From Paraspadella gotoi (taxonomy: Eukaryota; Animalia; Chaetognatha): 52,612 bases of DNA. Within the stretch, counting starts at the first letter, position 1; each line of letters starts with the position of its first letter. The stretch covers positions 6,239,905-6,292,516 of the forward strand of contig CM119271.1 in assembly GCA_051294375.1 (NCBI GenBank), read 5' to 3'. Positions 38,524 to 50,957 of the stretch are shown here, in pieces. Both the position numbers and the translations under genes were made by a program. Below the pieces are notes generated by a model. The model was not told the origin of the DNA. It did no database searches and was given only the letters and a program-made list of their open reading frames with translations.

Positions 38524-40129
38524 CTCCTTCTCTTCACCTCTCCCCACTTTTCCTCAATTCAAGCGAAGCCTTTCTCTCTTATTATGGCCAACTGTCGATA
38601 ATTCTGTCTGATATGAAGTTCCGCCCATTTTCACAGACATTTAGGCGATTTTGTTTCGGGGTTCCGAGGTAGGGCTGCTTCGGGTCGAGATCTTCGGATG
38701 AAGTATTTTGGGCTTAAATCTTAAGTGAATGTATTTTTAGTACGAGTGTGTCCTTTTATCATGTTAAAAAATACTATTATACCACTTTACTGATCGGGAA
38801 GCCAAGCAATCTGCGGATCATTGATCGACCGTGGGAGAGTCTTGATTCAAAGCTTGCCGTCACTATGTTATTAACGTGAAAAAAAATGGCTTAACCGACA
38901 ATAGCTTGGAGGAAAATTAGCTTATTAGCTTATTAGCTTATTTCTGGAATCAATGGATAATTTTTACATTGGTTTATGTAACTATTTTCATGTCGTAAAG
39001 TCATCATTGAGATAATCTTTCAAAATCTCGTACGATGGAAAATGAAATGTTCAGATGGACAACCTTTATCTTTTATTGATTCAAGTTTCAAGAGCCTTTA
39101 TCTGTAACACAATGTGGACCTTTTTTTTAGGTTAAAAATCACGATATCTTTTAGAGGTAAGTTATCTGTTAAAGACAGACAGTAAAAATTGGTAGATGGC
39201 CACCACGAGACAACCACAAGTCGGAACTGACCGGGGAAAAAAAAAAAAAAGACGGCACGCTGACAAAGGGAAATTAAATTCGTCATTCAAACGTCAGCCG
39301 CCGCAACTGACAAAAACCATAACCGACTAAGAGATGACGTAGAGGGCGCCTCGATCGCGAATAAAAAAAATGAATGGAGCCCAAAAGAGACGGTAAAAGA
39401 GACGAAGAGGGAAGACGATTATGAGCGATGGACCCGCGGATCCGGAGAAGAGCAGACGTATTGTGATGGATGGACGATAACGACGACGACGATAACGACG
39501 ACCACGACGACGACGACCACGACGACGACGACCACGACGGACGGAACAAAAAGAGATGATGCTCGGCGTCGAAAATATTTTCCTTTGCGCTTCAGCGCCC
39601 TCCTTTCAATTTTCAATGGCGTCCTTTTCCGTCGTTTATTTATTATTATATTTATTATCATTATCATTATCTTTTGGTTTTTTTTGTTAGGAGCGTCTTA
39701 CTTTTTGTTTGAATAAATTTTGTTTAATAGTTGATAAATATTTTTTTATAAAATTATAAAAATCATAATTCCACTTTTACCTATTTGGGAAAAGAAAAGG
39801 AGGAAAAAAGAAGAAAAGGGAGGAAAAAGGAAAAAAAGGAAAAGAAAATGGAGGAAAAAAGAGAAAAAAAGAAAAAAGGGGAAAGGAAAAGGAGTAAAAA
39901 GGAAAAAAGGGAAAAAGAAAAAAAGGAAAAAGGGGAAAAGAAAAGGAGGAAAAGAGAAAAAATGGAAAGAAAATGGAAAAAAAAGAGGAAAAGATGGAGA
40001 TGAAAAATCAGAAAATAAAAAGAGGAAAAATAAAAAAAAGGCAAAGGAAGAGGAGTAAAAAGCCTAAAAAGGTAAGAATCACGTTGGCTACAAAAAATAA
40101 AGTTATTTCGTTAAGGAGGGCAAATATTG

Positions 40130-40263
<134 letters not shown>

Positions 40264-41100
40264 CTGAAACAAATTAGTTCGACACGATAATTTAATGAGA
40301 ACAGCTCATCGGCAGCGAATTATTTCCGAGACGCGTGCATCATTTCAACCAACTCGAAACTAAACGTCACACGACGATAAACAAACATCTAGAAAACTTG
40401 GAAATTAAAACGGTTATTGATAATAAAATTGAAGCGTCGATAATTCCTCGCCAACTCACGTCACAACTAATCTCACTCACAGGCGTGAGAATTTCCCGCT
40501 TTTTTCTCCCCCTTTGCATATTCGATTAGTGAGTCATGCGAAAAAAAAGAATCACAAAATAATCTCGCCATTTTTGGGGATGAAGCATCTTCGGCCCCTC
40601 GCCAGCGATGGAACGGGTCTTTGCGCTTGGAACCAGGCTTGCGGGGATCACTAAGACTCAAGGCCGTGTACGGTCGTACTCCCTTAGTGTAGGTTCCAGA
40701 CTGGATCGATGATCATGAGCCGATGGCTTTCCTCAATCGGACACCGAGTAACGACTGGTTATACGAAGTCTAATGGCGAGTCGAACCTTGGAAATTTCCT
40801 GCTTGATTTTCGCAGCGTCACGTGGAAAGTAATTATTATCCTTACACTCCGATAATATTTACATTATTCGGATGATTACAAATAATTGCTTGAAAAAATA
40901 ATTTCGATTAACGACGAGACCAGCACCAGGATTTCTCGTCTTTTTTTTTTTTCAATAAGAATATCGATAATGAATTTCGGTCGCATTTGTTCAGCAGAGT
41001 TCGCGGGAAAATCTCCAGTTCCCCGAACCTTTTAATCTCGTTAGGGAAAACTGATATACTTCATTCCATCCAATCGAATTTTCTCCTTTTCTTTTTTCTT

Positions 41101-41458
41101 TTTAGTTGCGACGAGAATACTCGCGGAGCGACTCTATAAGTCACTTTTCGGTCGGTCTGTCGGTCGGTCGGTCGGTATGTGTATCCGTTGGTCTGTCCCA
41201 CTTACGTTAAAAATGTATATAATTTCCCTATAGTTGGTTGCTCTAAGGGACTGCAAGCGCCGCCTTCAGGAAATCCGAAAACTAAAATAGAATAAAAGAC
41301 GAAATTTTGATGCAGTGCATGTCATAAATACACGGGCTAAGAAAGTTATTGTAGTCATGTAGTCATGTCACGTCATGTTACGTCATGTCATGTCGTGAAA
41401 AATATACGTGATAAAGCAGTCATAGCGGCGCAACACATTTGAATTACCGTTCTTGTTT
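41101..41458 (+). mobile_element. Non-autonomous Helentron-associated / DINE-1-like element
   Basis: T-run, then AGTTGCG...GCGACT short 5' inverted repeat followed by CTATAAG. (GTCG/GTCT)n microsatellite at 41149-41176 and internal TCATGT tandem units. Inverted subterminal copy CGCAAC at 41429-41434, and an end in CTTGTTT. Confidence 0.5.
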
Positions 41459-43770
41459 CCTTTTTCTTATCTTTTTCTTTTTTCATTTCCTTTCTCGCGG
41501 TTTCTGATTTCTTTTCTTTACTTTTCTCTTTGATTTCTTTTCTTTACTTTTCTCTTTGATTTCTTTTCTTCGTCCCTACCTACGATTTCTTTGTCTCCGT
41601 GTCATTTTGTCTCTTTTTCTTTCCAACTATTTCACTTTTTTTCCTCTCTGTCCGGTCGGACTCTTTCCATCGCTTAAACCCACAAAACAACATTAGTTCA
41701 CCTGGTTCAGCAAAAAAAAAATGTTTTTTTTCATCTTTTCCTTCTTTCGATCTCCCCTCATATTTTTCCCTCTTATTTTCTTTTCATTTATTTTCTTTCC
41801 TCGTTTATTCTTTTCTTTTATCTTTTCTTCTTTTTTTTTCTTCCCTTTCTAATCATTTCTTTTCTCGCTTGGCTCGTTTTCGAATCCTTTCTCTCTCTCT
41901 CTCTCGGTCTCTCTTCAGTGGTCTTCTCTCTCTCTCCCGTGAACGATCTCGCGATCTCCTCTTCGTCGTCGTTCTCTGCTCTTCCTGACAGTCTATAACT
42001 GGAGTCATCTCTTCGTCAGGTGCCTTTTCTCCCTCTCATCTCGGCACTCGCCGCTTTCTCGGGGTATGTGTATACTCTGTGCTTTCTCGGTCCGTGATCC
42101 AGCTCTCTAGCTTCAGCTCTCGCCCCCGCCTCTCTCTCTCTCTCTCTCTCTGCCTCTCTTCATTGCGCGTCCCTCTCCGGCTCAGGGATCGTCTACGCCA
42201 GTAATTCCTTCCTTTTTTTCCACAGCTGTAATCAGGCCAGACCCGCATTTGTCTGTTTTATGCGTCTTGCCTGGCTAATCAACTCACTTCATTTTTTTTC
42301 TCTGCGCACGCGCGATAGGTAAACCTTCATCTACGTCGTCGTCTTCTTCTCTTTTCATCACTTTTTTTTCTTTTTTTTTCTTTTTTTTTCTTTTTTTTTC
42401 TTTTTACTTCTTAATCTTAAATTTGTATTAAAAGTAATTGGCATTATTTTTCTAAAGCGCCCCATTTCTATTCCTCAAACCCTTGAATCAAAAGGAAGTC
42501 GTCAACGGCAAATGCTGATGAGTCTTTGTGTAACGCTCGTACTTCTGCCACGAAGCGGTACTGAAAATTTTTCAACCCGAGCGAGTCGATATTTCAATTT
42601 TGAGCAACGTTTGTTATGAGTCAAAACTTGATTACGAACATAATTTTTATAATTTATATATTATGTATATTGTATAATTTATATATCTGTACAAGTGGAA
42701 TATTACTCAGTACACCGGAAACAAGATTCCGCCTCTCAAGACGCCATCTTTGTTTATATATCATCACTCAAACTTTTATTCTCTTTTATCCTCCGATTCT
42801 CTGACATTCGTCTTTCCTCTTAAATTCCTTTTCGGTTGACATTTGAAGAAGCGGAAACTTTTAGATCTTTTGACGTCCAAGTTTTTGGGCTCAACTTCTG
42901 CCTCTCGGAGCCAAAAGAATAAAAGGCCGATATATATTCAGTCAGGATTCCGACCCGTTCTCTGTGTGTCTCTCTCTCTGTGTCTCTTTCTCTCTCTTGC
43001 TCTCTGTCTCTCTCTCTCTCTCTATTATTCCATTCGAGGGAGAGCAAGTGATGGAAAAGATTGGGGGAAAACTTCCCCCCCCCCTCAAGAAAAAACCACA
43101 CAAAAAAACAAAAGGGTCGTAAACAAACAATAAAAGAAAAACAAAAACAAAACAGAGAAAATGGGAAGATGGATTCGATTCCGTCGATAAGAAACTGATT
43201 CATATTCATGCACACATTTGTTTTTGTGTGTGAAGTGTGTGTGGTGTGGCAGCGGCGCGGAAGTGGGGGGGGCAGAGGAGAGAGAGGATTGAGAAGAGAA
43301 AGACGAGAGCAGAGAGAGAGAGAGAGAGCGAGACGAAGAGGCAGGAGAGGAGAGAGAGCGAGAGAGAGCAGAGAGAGAGATGAGGAGAAGAAGGAGGAGA
43401 GCAGAAATAATACTGCGGTAAAGACATCAATACGATGCCAGACAGGTTGGGCAAACTTGACGATAAGGAATGTGCCGAGAGAAAGGAGATATTTTTGTAA
43501 ATGAGTGAGAGATAGAAGTGAGAGAAGAGAGGAGGAGGAGAGAGAGAGAGACGACGAGAGAAGATAGAGAGATGAGAGAGAGAGAACAGAGGGATAGAGA
43601 ATGGAATCTGGAAAGCTTGCGAGGGAAAGGTAGTGGGGGAGAGGGAGTAAGGGAGAACGGGAGAGGGGAGAAGGAGGGAGAGAGAAGAGTCGAGAGACGA
43701 GAGAAAGAACAGCAGACGAAGAGAGCAAAAAAAACGCACACGCAATTGGTTACAGCGTAAAGCGACTTAC

Positions 43771-43966
43771 CGATGAATCTGGGTCTGGACAACCTCTCGT
43801 TGTCCGTCTTGTCCTGACAATAGACTGGATCGTCGACGCATTCGTGAAACTGGGAAGTTCCGCACGTGAGGAGGAGGAGGAGGAGGTGAATGATGAGGAG
43901 GAGGAGGAGGCGAGGAGAGGAGGGAGGGGAGGGGCGTGCCGAGGACGACGACGATCGTATCCTCAT
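43771..43966 (-). CDS. First coding exon of an immunoglobulin-superfamily secreted or cell-surface protein (signal peptide plus start of Ig domain)
   Basis: ATG at 43966 (context catcATG). Encodes MRIRSSSSSARPSPPSSPRLLLLLIIHLLLLLLTCGTSQFHECVDDPVYCQDKTDNERLSRPRFI plus 1 nt, with a Leu-rich h-region followed by small residues (CGTS). Ends at a consensus donor G|GTAAGT (43770-43765), phase 1. Confidence 0.8.
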
Positions 43967-44840
43967 GATGTCATCCTTCGCGAAGGACGCATCCACGCGT
44001 CGCCGACGAATCTGGAGGTGAAGATCGTTTTTTTCCCGCCGTCGTTGTTGTCGTTGTTGTCGTCGTTGCGATTTTCCGCGGTTTCTTTCTATTTGCACTC
44101 GATGCGCGTGCGTACGGGGAGAAACGAGCGGACGCGTGCGCGCGAGAGCGACCGATGAGTTGGCGAGCGTCTAGTTTCTTTTTNNNNNNNNNNNNNNNNN
44201 NNNNNNNNNNNNNNNNNNNNNNNNNNNNNNNNNNNNNNNNNNNNNNNNNNNNNNNNNNNNNNNNNNNNNNNNNNNNNNNNNNNNNNNNNNNNNNNNNNNN
44301 NNNNNNNNNNNNNNNNNNNNNNNNNNNNNNNNNNNNNNNNNNNNNNNNNNNNNNNNNNNNNNNNNNNNNNNNNNNNNNNNNNNNNNNNNNNNNNNNNNNN
44401 TTTTTTTTCCTCCCTATATTTTTTTTCTCTTTTTATCTAATTGTTTTTTTGGTTTCTTTTTTTCCAACTTTTCTCGTTGGATCTTTTGTTTGATTTTTTT
44501 TTTCGTTTCTCCGTTTCGCCTATTTTTTTGTTTTTTTTTATTCTTTTTTCTCTCTTGTTTTTTTTTGTTTTGTTTGTTTCTCTTTTTAGTTTTTTTTTCT
44601 CCTCTTATTGATTAAAGATTTTTTCCCAGTTGTCGACGAAAAGCCGAGAATGACGACGTCGACGACGACGACGACGAGGACGACGACGACATCTTGCGCG
44701 GATTTTTTCCGATAGGCGGAGGGAAATAAGAGAACAGCGTCGACGCGTAAACAAAAGGCTTGGAGAAAGACAAAGAGAAAATTGAAGCCATTCTCCGTCG
44801 ATTTTTTACAGTAGGAGGCGGGAGAAAGTTTTGGGTAGAG

Positions 44841-44890
<50 letters not shown>

Positions 44891-45325
44891 TAAAAGGATA
44901 ACAGGAAGAAGACTGTTTTGGTAAAATTCAACTTCTGAATTTTTAAAATTGTAAACGAAAAGAAAAAAAAATGAAAAAGTGGAAAATAAATTCTGATTTT
45001 GTTGTGGAAGGGAAAAGTTGGATAATCCAGTGAGAAGCCTAAAGAGAAAGCGATGGTCTTTTGTTTATCTTCAATTCCACTCGGGTTACAATTTAAGTAT
45101 TCACGTCAGGCCAGCGCATAAAAATGGCGAGTAGAGTATGAGATGAGAAGAGAGAGAGAGAGTTTAAGAGAGAAGGAGAGAGGAAGAGAGAGAGAGAGAG
45201 AGAGAGAGAGAAGTGGCGGGGGAAGTGAAATGGGAAAGAAGGCAAGAACAGAGATGAGAATATGACAAGAGAGAACGATGGGCAAAGAAGAAGGGAGAGA
45301 GAGAGGAGACGAGAGAGAGAGAGAT

Positions 45326-45359
<34 letters not shown>

Positions 45360-46056
45360 TGATGAGAGAGAGAGAGGATTCGAGCTTTTTGACGTTCAGA
45401 TGATCAATATTATTTCACAACTGCGAAACGTACAATTCTTTAGTAGATTTCATAGTTTTTTCGAATCGCCGATCAAGAATTATCACAGAGTTTTAATTTA
45501 ATTTAATTAAAACAACGGGTTAATAAAAAAAAAATATAAATAAGAAATTAAAGACAATATATTACAAAAAATATTCTTGATCACCGTATAAATTCGGTAG
45601 ACATCTCTGAAAATCATAAACAAAACGAAATTAAATAATAAATTACACACAAAAATCGTAGGAGTCGTCAACTATTAAATTCTCTCTTTTTCTAGTTTGA
45701 AGTATATTCCGTATTTGGAGTCGAAAAAAAAAAAAAAAAAATGAGAAAAAAAGGCGAAATTTGGTCGAAGCCGTCGTTTTGGAGCGACTCCGGCCTCAGG
45801 AGAACGCGGGAAGAAGAGGAAGGGATTTCCAAAATGCGGCGAATGACCGTCACCCAGGGTTCCGCAGCTGTTTCTGTGGGTGAGGTGGGGGCGGGGGTAG
45901 AGTTGGGTTGGGGGAGAAGGAGGGACGAGGAGGATGAGAGAGTATATTATTAACAATTAAACATGTAAAGAAAAGAGGAGAAAATAAAATGAACAGGAAA
46001 AGAAAGAACAGAAATGGTTGACGGAGAAAAGAGAGAAAGGGAAAGAAAAAAAAGGA

Positions 46057-46752
46057 AAAAGTGGAGATCAAGACAGAGACAGAAAGAGAGACAAAAACTG
46101 AGACAGAGACAGCAAGACAGAGAGAGTTAAATAAGGAAAAGAATAAAAGGATAAAGATGGAGATAAGACAGAGACAGAAAGAGAGACAGAAAGAGAGACA
46201 GAGACAGAAAGACAGAAAGACGAAAGACAGAAAGAGAGGAAAAGGAAAAGAAAGAAGGAAAAAGTGGAGATTCAAGACAGAGACAGAAAAAAGAGACAGA
46301 AACAGAGACAGAGACAGAAAGACAGAACAGAGAGAAAAGGAAAAGAATAAAAGAAAAAAAGTGAGATCAAGACAGAGACAGAAAGAGAGACAGAAACAGA
46401 GACAGAGACAGAAAGACAGAAAGAGAGGAAAGGTAATCCTAAGAAAAGAAAAAAGTGGAGATCAAGACAGAGACAGAAAAAAGAGACAGAAACAGAGACA
46501 GAGACAGAAAGACAGAAAGAGAGAAAAGAAAAGAAAAAAACGGAAAAAGTGGAGATCAAGACAGAGACAGAAAGAGAGACGAAACAGAGACAGAAAGACA
46601 GAAAGAGAGAAAAAGGAAAAGAAAAAAGGAAAAAAGTGGAGATCAAGACAGGACAGAAAGAGAGACAGAAACAGAGACAGAGACAGAAAAGACAGAAAGA
46701 GAGAAAAAGAAAAGAAAAAAAAGGAAAAAGTGGAGATCAAGACAGAGACAGA
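46057..46752. repeat. Purine-rich ~90-105-bp minisatellite, about 8 copies
   Basis: The anchor AAAAGTGGAGATCAAGACAGAGACAGAA recurs near 46061, 46158, 46264, 46361, 46455, 46549, 46636 and 46730. Confidence 0.85.
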
Positions 46753-46884
46753 ATAATATGATAGAGAAAAAAATTTTCAATACGAATTTCGTGAAAAATT
46801 TCAAAAAATCGTTAAAAATTTCATCCTTTTATAAGTGAGTTTCGGAGAAATATGTATGGTATGTCTTGAAAAATGGTCGCGCAG

Positions 46885-46941
<57 letters not shown>

Positions 46942-47042
46942 AGAGGAGATGAGAAAGAGAGAGAGAGAGAGAGAAAGAAGAGGGCCTCACAGAAAGCTGC
47001 CAAACGAATCATTTCGATGCCATCACAAACTTTTTTCTCTAC

Positions 47043-47127
47043 TTTATTCGCTTTTATGTTCACCTTATAACCGTTTTGTCTGAGTGCCGGTCTTTCTAAA
47101 CTTCTCCCTCTCTCCCTCTCTCCCTCT

Positions 47128-47176
<49 letters not shown>

Positions 47177-47950
47177 TCTCTCTCTCCTCTCTCTCTCTCT
47201 CTCTCCTCATCTCTAAATTCCCCTTCCTTTCCATTGAGCTTATACTTTTCCCCCCTGAAAGAAATAAAAAAAAAGGCAGATTCCTGCATAAAAAAAAAAA
47301 ATTCTTTCCGCTTTAAAAGAGACAACGCATTTCGTTAAAACGAAGAGTCCGAGGGTCGAAATGTGAAGGAGAAGTGAGGAGGTGAGGAGTTGAGGAGGAG
47401 AAGAGGAAAGCGACGAGGTGAGGCTTTCCAAGTGGAGGAGGGGTAAGGTAGGGCGAGGGAGAACGTAAGATGTATGGTGACGCAATGTATGTATTTAATA
47501 TAAACTTGGTACATTACGCAATAAAATCATGTTAGGTTCCTTCGTTATAGATGTATTATAATTCAAAAAATTTTTCAATAAATTTTGATAAAATTTGGCT
47601 ATCGTTTGTAAACAATGATTTTTTTAAAAAGTATCTTTAACCTCAAACAGAACGTTAGAGCAGATACAAATTTAAGCCATTGAGTAATGTCATTTCCTCT
47701 CTTTGCAGAATAGATGGAGTTTGATAATTCTTTAATTATTTGATATGTCATAGATAAAACGAGACATCGAGACAAAAAGGAATGGTTTCGATGAATTACG
47801 TAGACTGAAGAACTTGGCCAAGCCAATGCCCATTTTACGAAACGCGAGCAATTGGGCGCCAACGGATGACAAAACAACTCTGGACGCTCTATCTTCGTGT
47901 CCGGTCCGCCGCCGCAAATCAGCAGAGAATTCTTTCAACTCAAATCTCTA

Positions 47951-47992
<42 letters not shown>

Positions 47993-48416
47993 TCATTCTC
48001 ATTCTCTCTTCTTTCAAAATTTAATATAAAAAAATTGAAAAAAAAAAAGTTGAGCGTTTGAAATCGTCGTTCTTATCGTCGTCTCCTCGTCGCAGAATAA
48101 TTTCTCCCTAATTTCGTGATAATTTTGCATAAAATCGATCGTCGTTCTGTCGATGATGCCGACGTCGTCGTCATCATCGTCGTCGTCGTCGTCGTCGTCG
48201 TCGTCATTCATCATCGTCGGCGTCGTCGTCGTCGTCGTCGTCGACTTTTGTCCTGACATCTCAGTGGGGACCGGATTTATCCGTTTTTAATTCAGTTTCA
48301 TTATCTTTAACTTTTGCAAGCGCAAAGACTGGATACAATAGAGAGTTTGCCGATTCGCTCGTTGTGTGTTGTTGTTGTTCCCGTCCTTTCGTCGTTGTCG
48401 ATATCCCTTCGTCATA
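47043..48416 (+). other. Probable assembly artefact: direct duplicate of ~49849-51135 (overfilled gap)
   Basis: Near-identical ~1.3 kb copies differing mainly by homopolymer and 1-nt indels, ending at a 25-N gap (48417-48441). 45370-45720 is likewise a noisy copy of 48470-48700. Confidence 0.8.
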
Positions 48417-48441
48417 NNNNNNNNNNNNNNNNNNNNNNNNN

Positions 48442-48478
<37 letters not shown>

Positions 48479-49170
48479 CAGCTTTTGACGTTCAAATCTT
48501 TTTCCAACCGAAACGACATTTTTGTCGATTTCTGTTTTTTCGAATTCGCCGACGAATTCACGAGTTTCATTAATTATTGAAACAACGGGTTAATTAAATA
48601 AATATCAAGATTAACAATAAATTACATTCTTTCACCGTTTTCAGTAGCTCTGTCTTATTCTCAACTATTTTTTTTTCTCGTCTGAAGTAATTTCCGTTTT
48701 NNNNNNNNNNNNNNNNNNNNNNNNNNNNNNNNNNNNNNNNNNNNNNNNNNNNNNNNNNNNNNNNNNNNNNNNNNNNNNNNNNNNNNNNNNNNNNNNNNNN
48801 NNNNNNNNNNNNNNNNNNNNNNNNNNNNNNNNNNNNNNNNNNNNNNNNNNNNNNNNNNNNNNNNNNNNNNNNNNNNNNNNNNNNNNNNNNNNNNNNNNNN
48901 NNNNNNNNNNNNNNNNNNNNNNNNNNNNNNNNNNNNNNNNNNNNNNNNNNNNNNNNNNNNNNNNNNNNNNNNNNNNNNNNNNNNNNNNNNNNNNNNNNNN
49001 NNNNNNNNNNNNNNNNNNNNNNNNNNNNNNNNNNNNNNNNNNNNNNNNNNNNNNNNNNNNNNNNNNNNNNNNNNNNNNNNNNNNNNNNNNNNNNNNNNNN
49101 NNNNNNNNNNNNNNNNNNNNNNNNNNNNNNNNNNNNNNNNNNNNNNNNNNNNNNNNNNNNNNNNNNNNNN

Positions 49171-49240
49171 CGAAGGTAAGTAGAGAAAAAAGTTTGTGAT
49201 GGCAATCGAAATGATTCGTTTGGCAGCCTTCTGTGAGGCC

Positions 49241-49273
<33 letters not shown>

Positions 49274-49337
49274 CTCTCGTCTCTCATCTCTCTCTCTCTC
49301 TCTCCTCTATCCTCTCTCTCTCTCTCATCTCTCTCCG

Positions 49338-49369
<32 letters not shown>

Positions 49370-49848
49370 CTCATCTCATGTCCTAGCTAGGGATCCCCAG
49401 ATTTTTTCTCAGCACCAGTAAGATTTTCATAGACTACATAACATATTTCTCCGAAACTACATCCTTATAGAAGGAGGATGAAATTTTTACAGACGATTAG
49501 TTTTTGAAAATTTTTTGAATTCGTTTTGGAATTTTTTTTTTTTCTCTATCATATTTCTTACTTTCTTGTCTCTGTCTTGATTCTCCACTACTTTTTCCTT
49601 TTTTTTCTTTTCTCGTTTTGCTTCTCCTATCTGTCTTTTACTGTCTCTGTCTCTGTTTCCTGTTCTCTCTTTCCTGTCCTTGTCTTGATCTCGCACTTTG
49701 TTCCTTTCCTTTTTATTTCTTCGTCTCCTTTATTCTGCTACTGTTTCTTCTCTTCTGTCTCTGCTTTCCTGTCTCTACTTATCTGGTCTCTCTTGTCTTG
49801 ATGCATCCACTTTTTCCCTACTCGATATGATTTTTCCTTTTCATCCTG
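49171..49848 (-). other. Probable assembly artefact: flipped, noisy copy of ~46400-47043
   Basis: 49180-49242 is the reverse complement of 46981-47043. When reversed, the block joins 49849 as in the intact copy (CTCTACTTTATTCGC). Confidence 0.75.
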
Positions 49849-49927
49849 TTTATTCGCTTTATGTTCACCTTATAACCGTTTGTCTGAGTGCCGGTCTTTC
49901 TAAACTTCTCCCTCTCTCCCTCTCTCC

Positions 49928-49964
<37 letters not shown>

Positions 49965-50709
49965 TCTCTCTCCTCATCTCTCAAATTCCCTTCCTTTCCA
50001 TTGAGTTTTATACTTTTCCCCCTGAAAGAAATAAAAAAAAGGCAGATTCCTGCATAAAAAAAAAAATTCTTTCCGCTTTAAAAGAGACAAACGCATTTCG
50101 GTTAAAACGAAGAGTCGAGGTCGAAAGTGAAGGAGAAGTGAGGAGGTGAGGAGTTGAGGAGGAGAAGAGGAAAGCGACGAGGTGAGGCTTTCCAAGTGGG
50201 AGGAGGGGTAAGGTAGGGCGAGGGAGAACGTAAGATGGTATGGTGACGCAATGTATGTATTTAATATAAACTTTGTACATTACGCAAATAAATCATGTTA
50301 GGTTCCTTCGTTATAAGATGTATTATAATTCAAAAATTTTTCAATAAATTTTGATAAAATTTGGCTATCCGTTTGTAAACAATGATTTTTTTAAAAAGTA
50401 TCTTTAACCTCAAACAGAACGTTAGAGCAGATACAAATTTAAGCCATTGAGCAATGTCATTCCCTCTCTTTGCAGAATAGATGGAGTTGGATAATTCTTT
50501 AATTATTTGATATTGTCATAGATAAAACGAGACATCGAGACAAAAGGAATGGTTTCGATGAATTACGTAGACTGAGAACTTGCCCAATGCCCAATGCCCA
50601 TTTTACGAACGCGAGCAATTGGGCGCCAACGGATGACAACAACTCTGGACGCTCTATCTTCGTGTCCGGTCCGCCGCCGCAAATCAGCAGAGAATTCTTT
50701 TCAACTCAA

Positions 50710-50751
<42 letters not shown>

Positions 50752-50923
50752 ATTTAAGGAAATTGAAAAATAAAAAAAGTTGAGCGTTTGAAATCGTCGT
50801 TCTTATCGTCGTTCCTCGTCGCAGAATAATTCTCCCTAATTTCGTGAATAATTTTGCATAAAATCGATCGTCGTTTCTGTCGATGATGCGACGTCGTCGT
50901 CATCATCGTCGTCGTCGTCGTCG

Positions 50924-50957
<34 letters not shown>

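Noticed and set aside
42516-42570. Hammerhead-like CTGATGAGTC
   Set aside because: No complementary stem II followed by GAAA.
42820-43745. 302-aa and 179-aa minus-strand ORFs
   Set aside because: Largely (CT)n-derived Leu/Ser runs inside the predicted intron.
43760-43966. Neuropeptide precursor (signal peptide plus RPRFI-G-K, like an amidated peptide)
   Set aside because: The G-K codons overlap a consensus GTAAGT donor, and splicing there produces a continuous Ig I-set motif. There is no dibasic site or peptide repetition.
46061-46838. Long Lys/Arg/Glu-rich ORFs and their antisense Phe/Leu/Ser ORFs
   Set aside because: They are translations of a purine-rich minisatellite that lacks stops in several frames.
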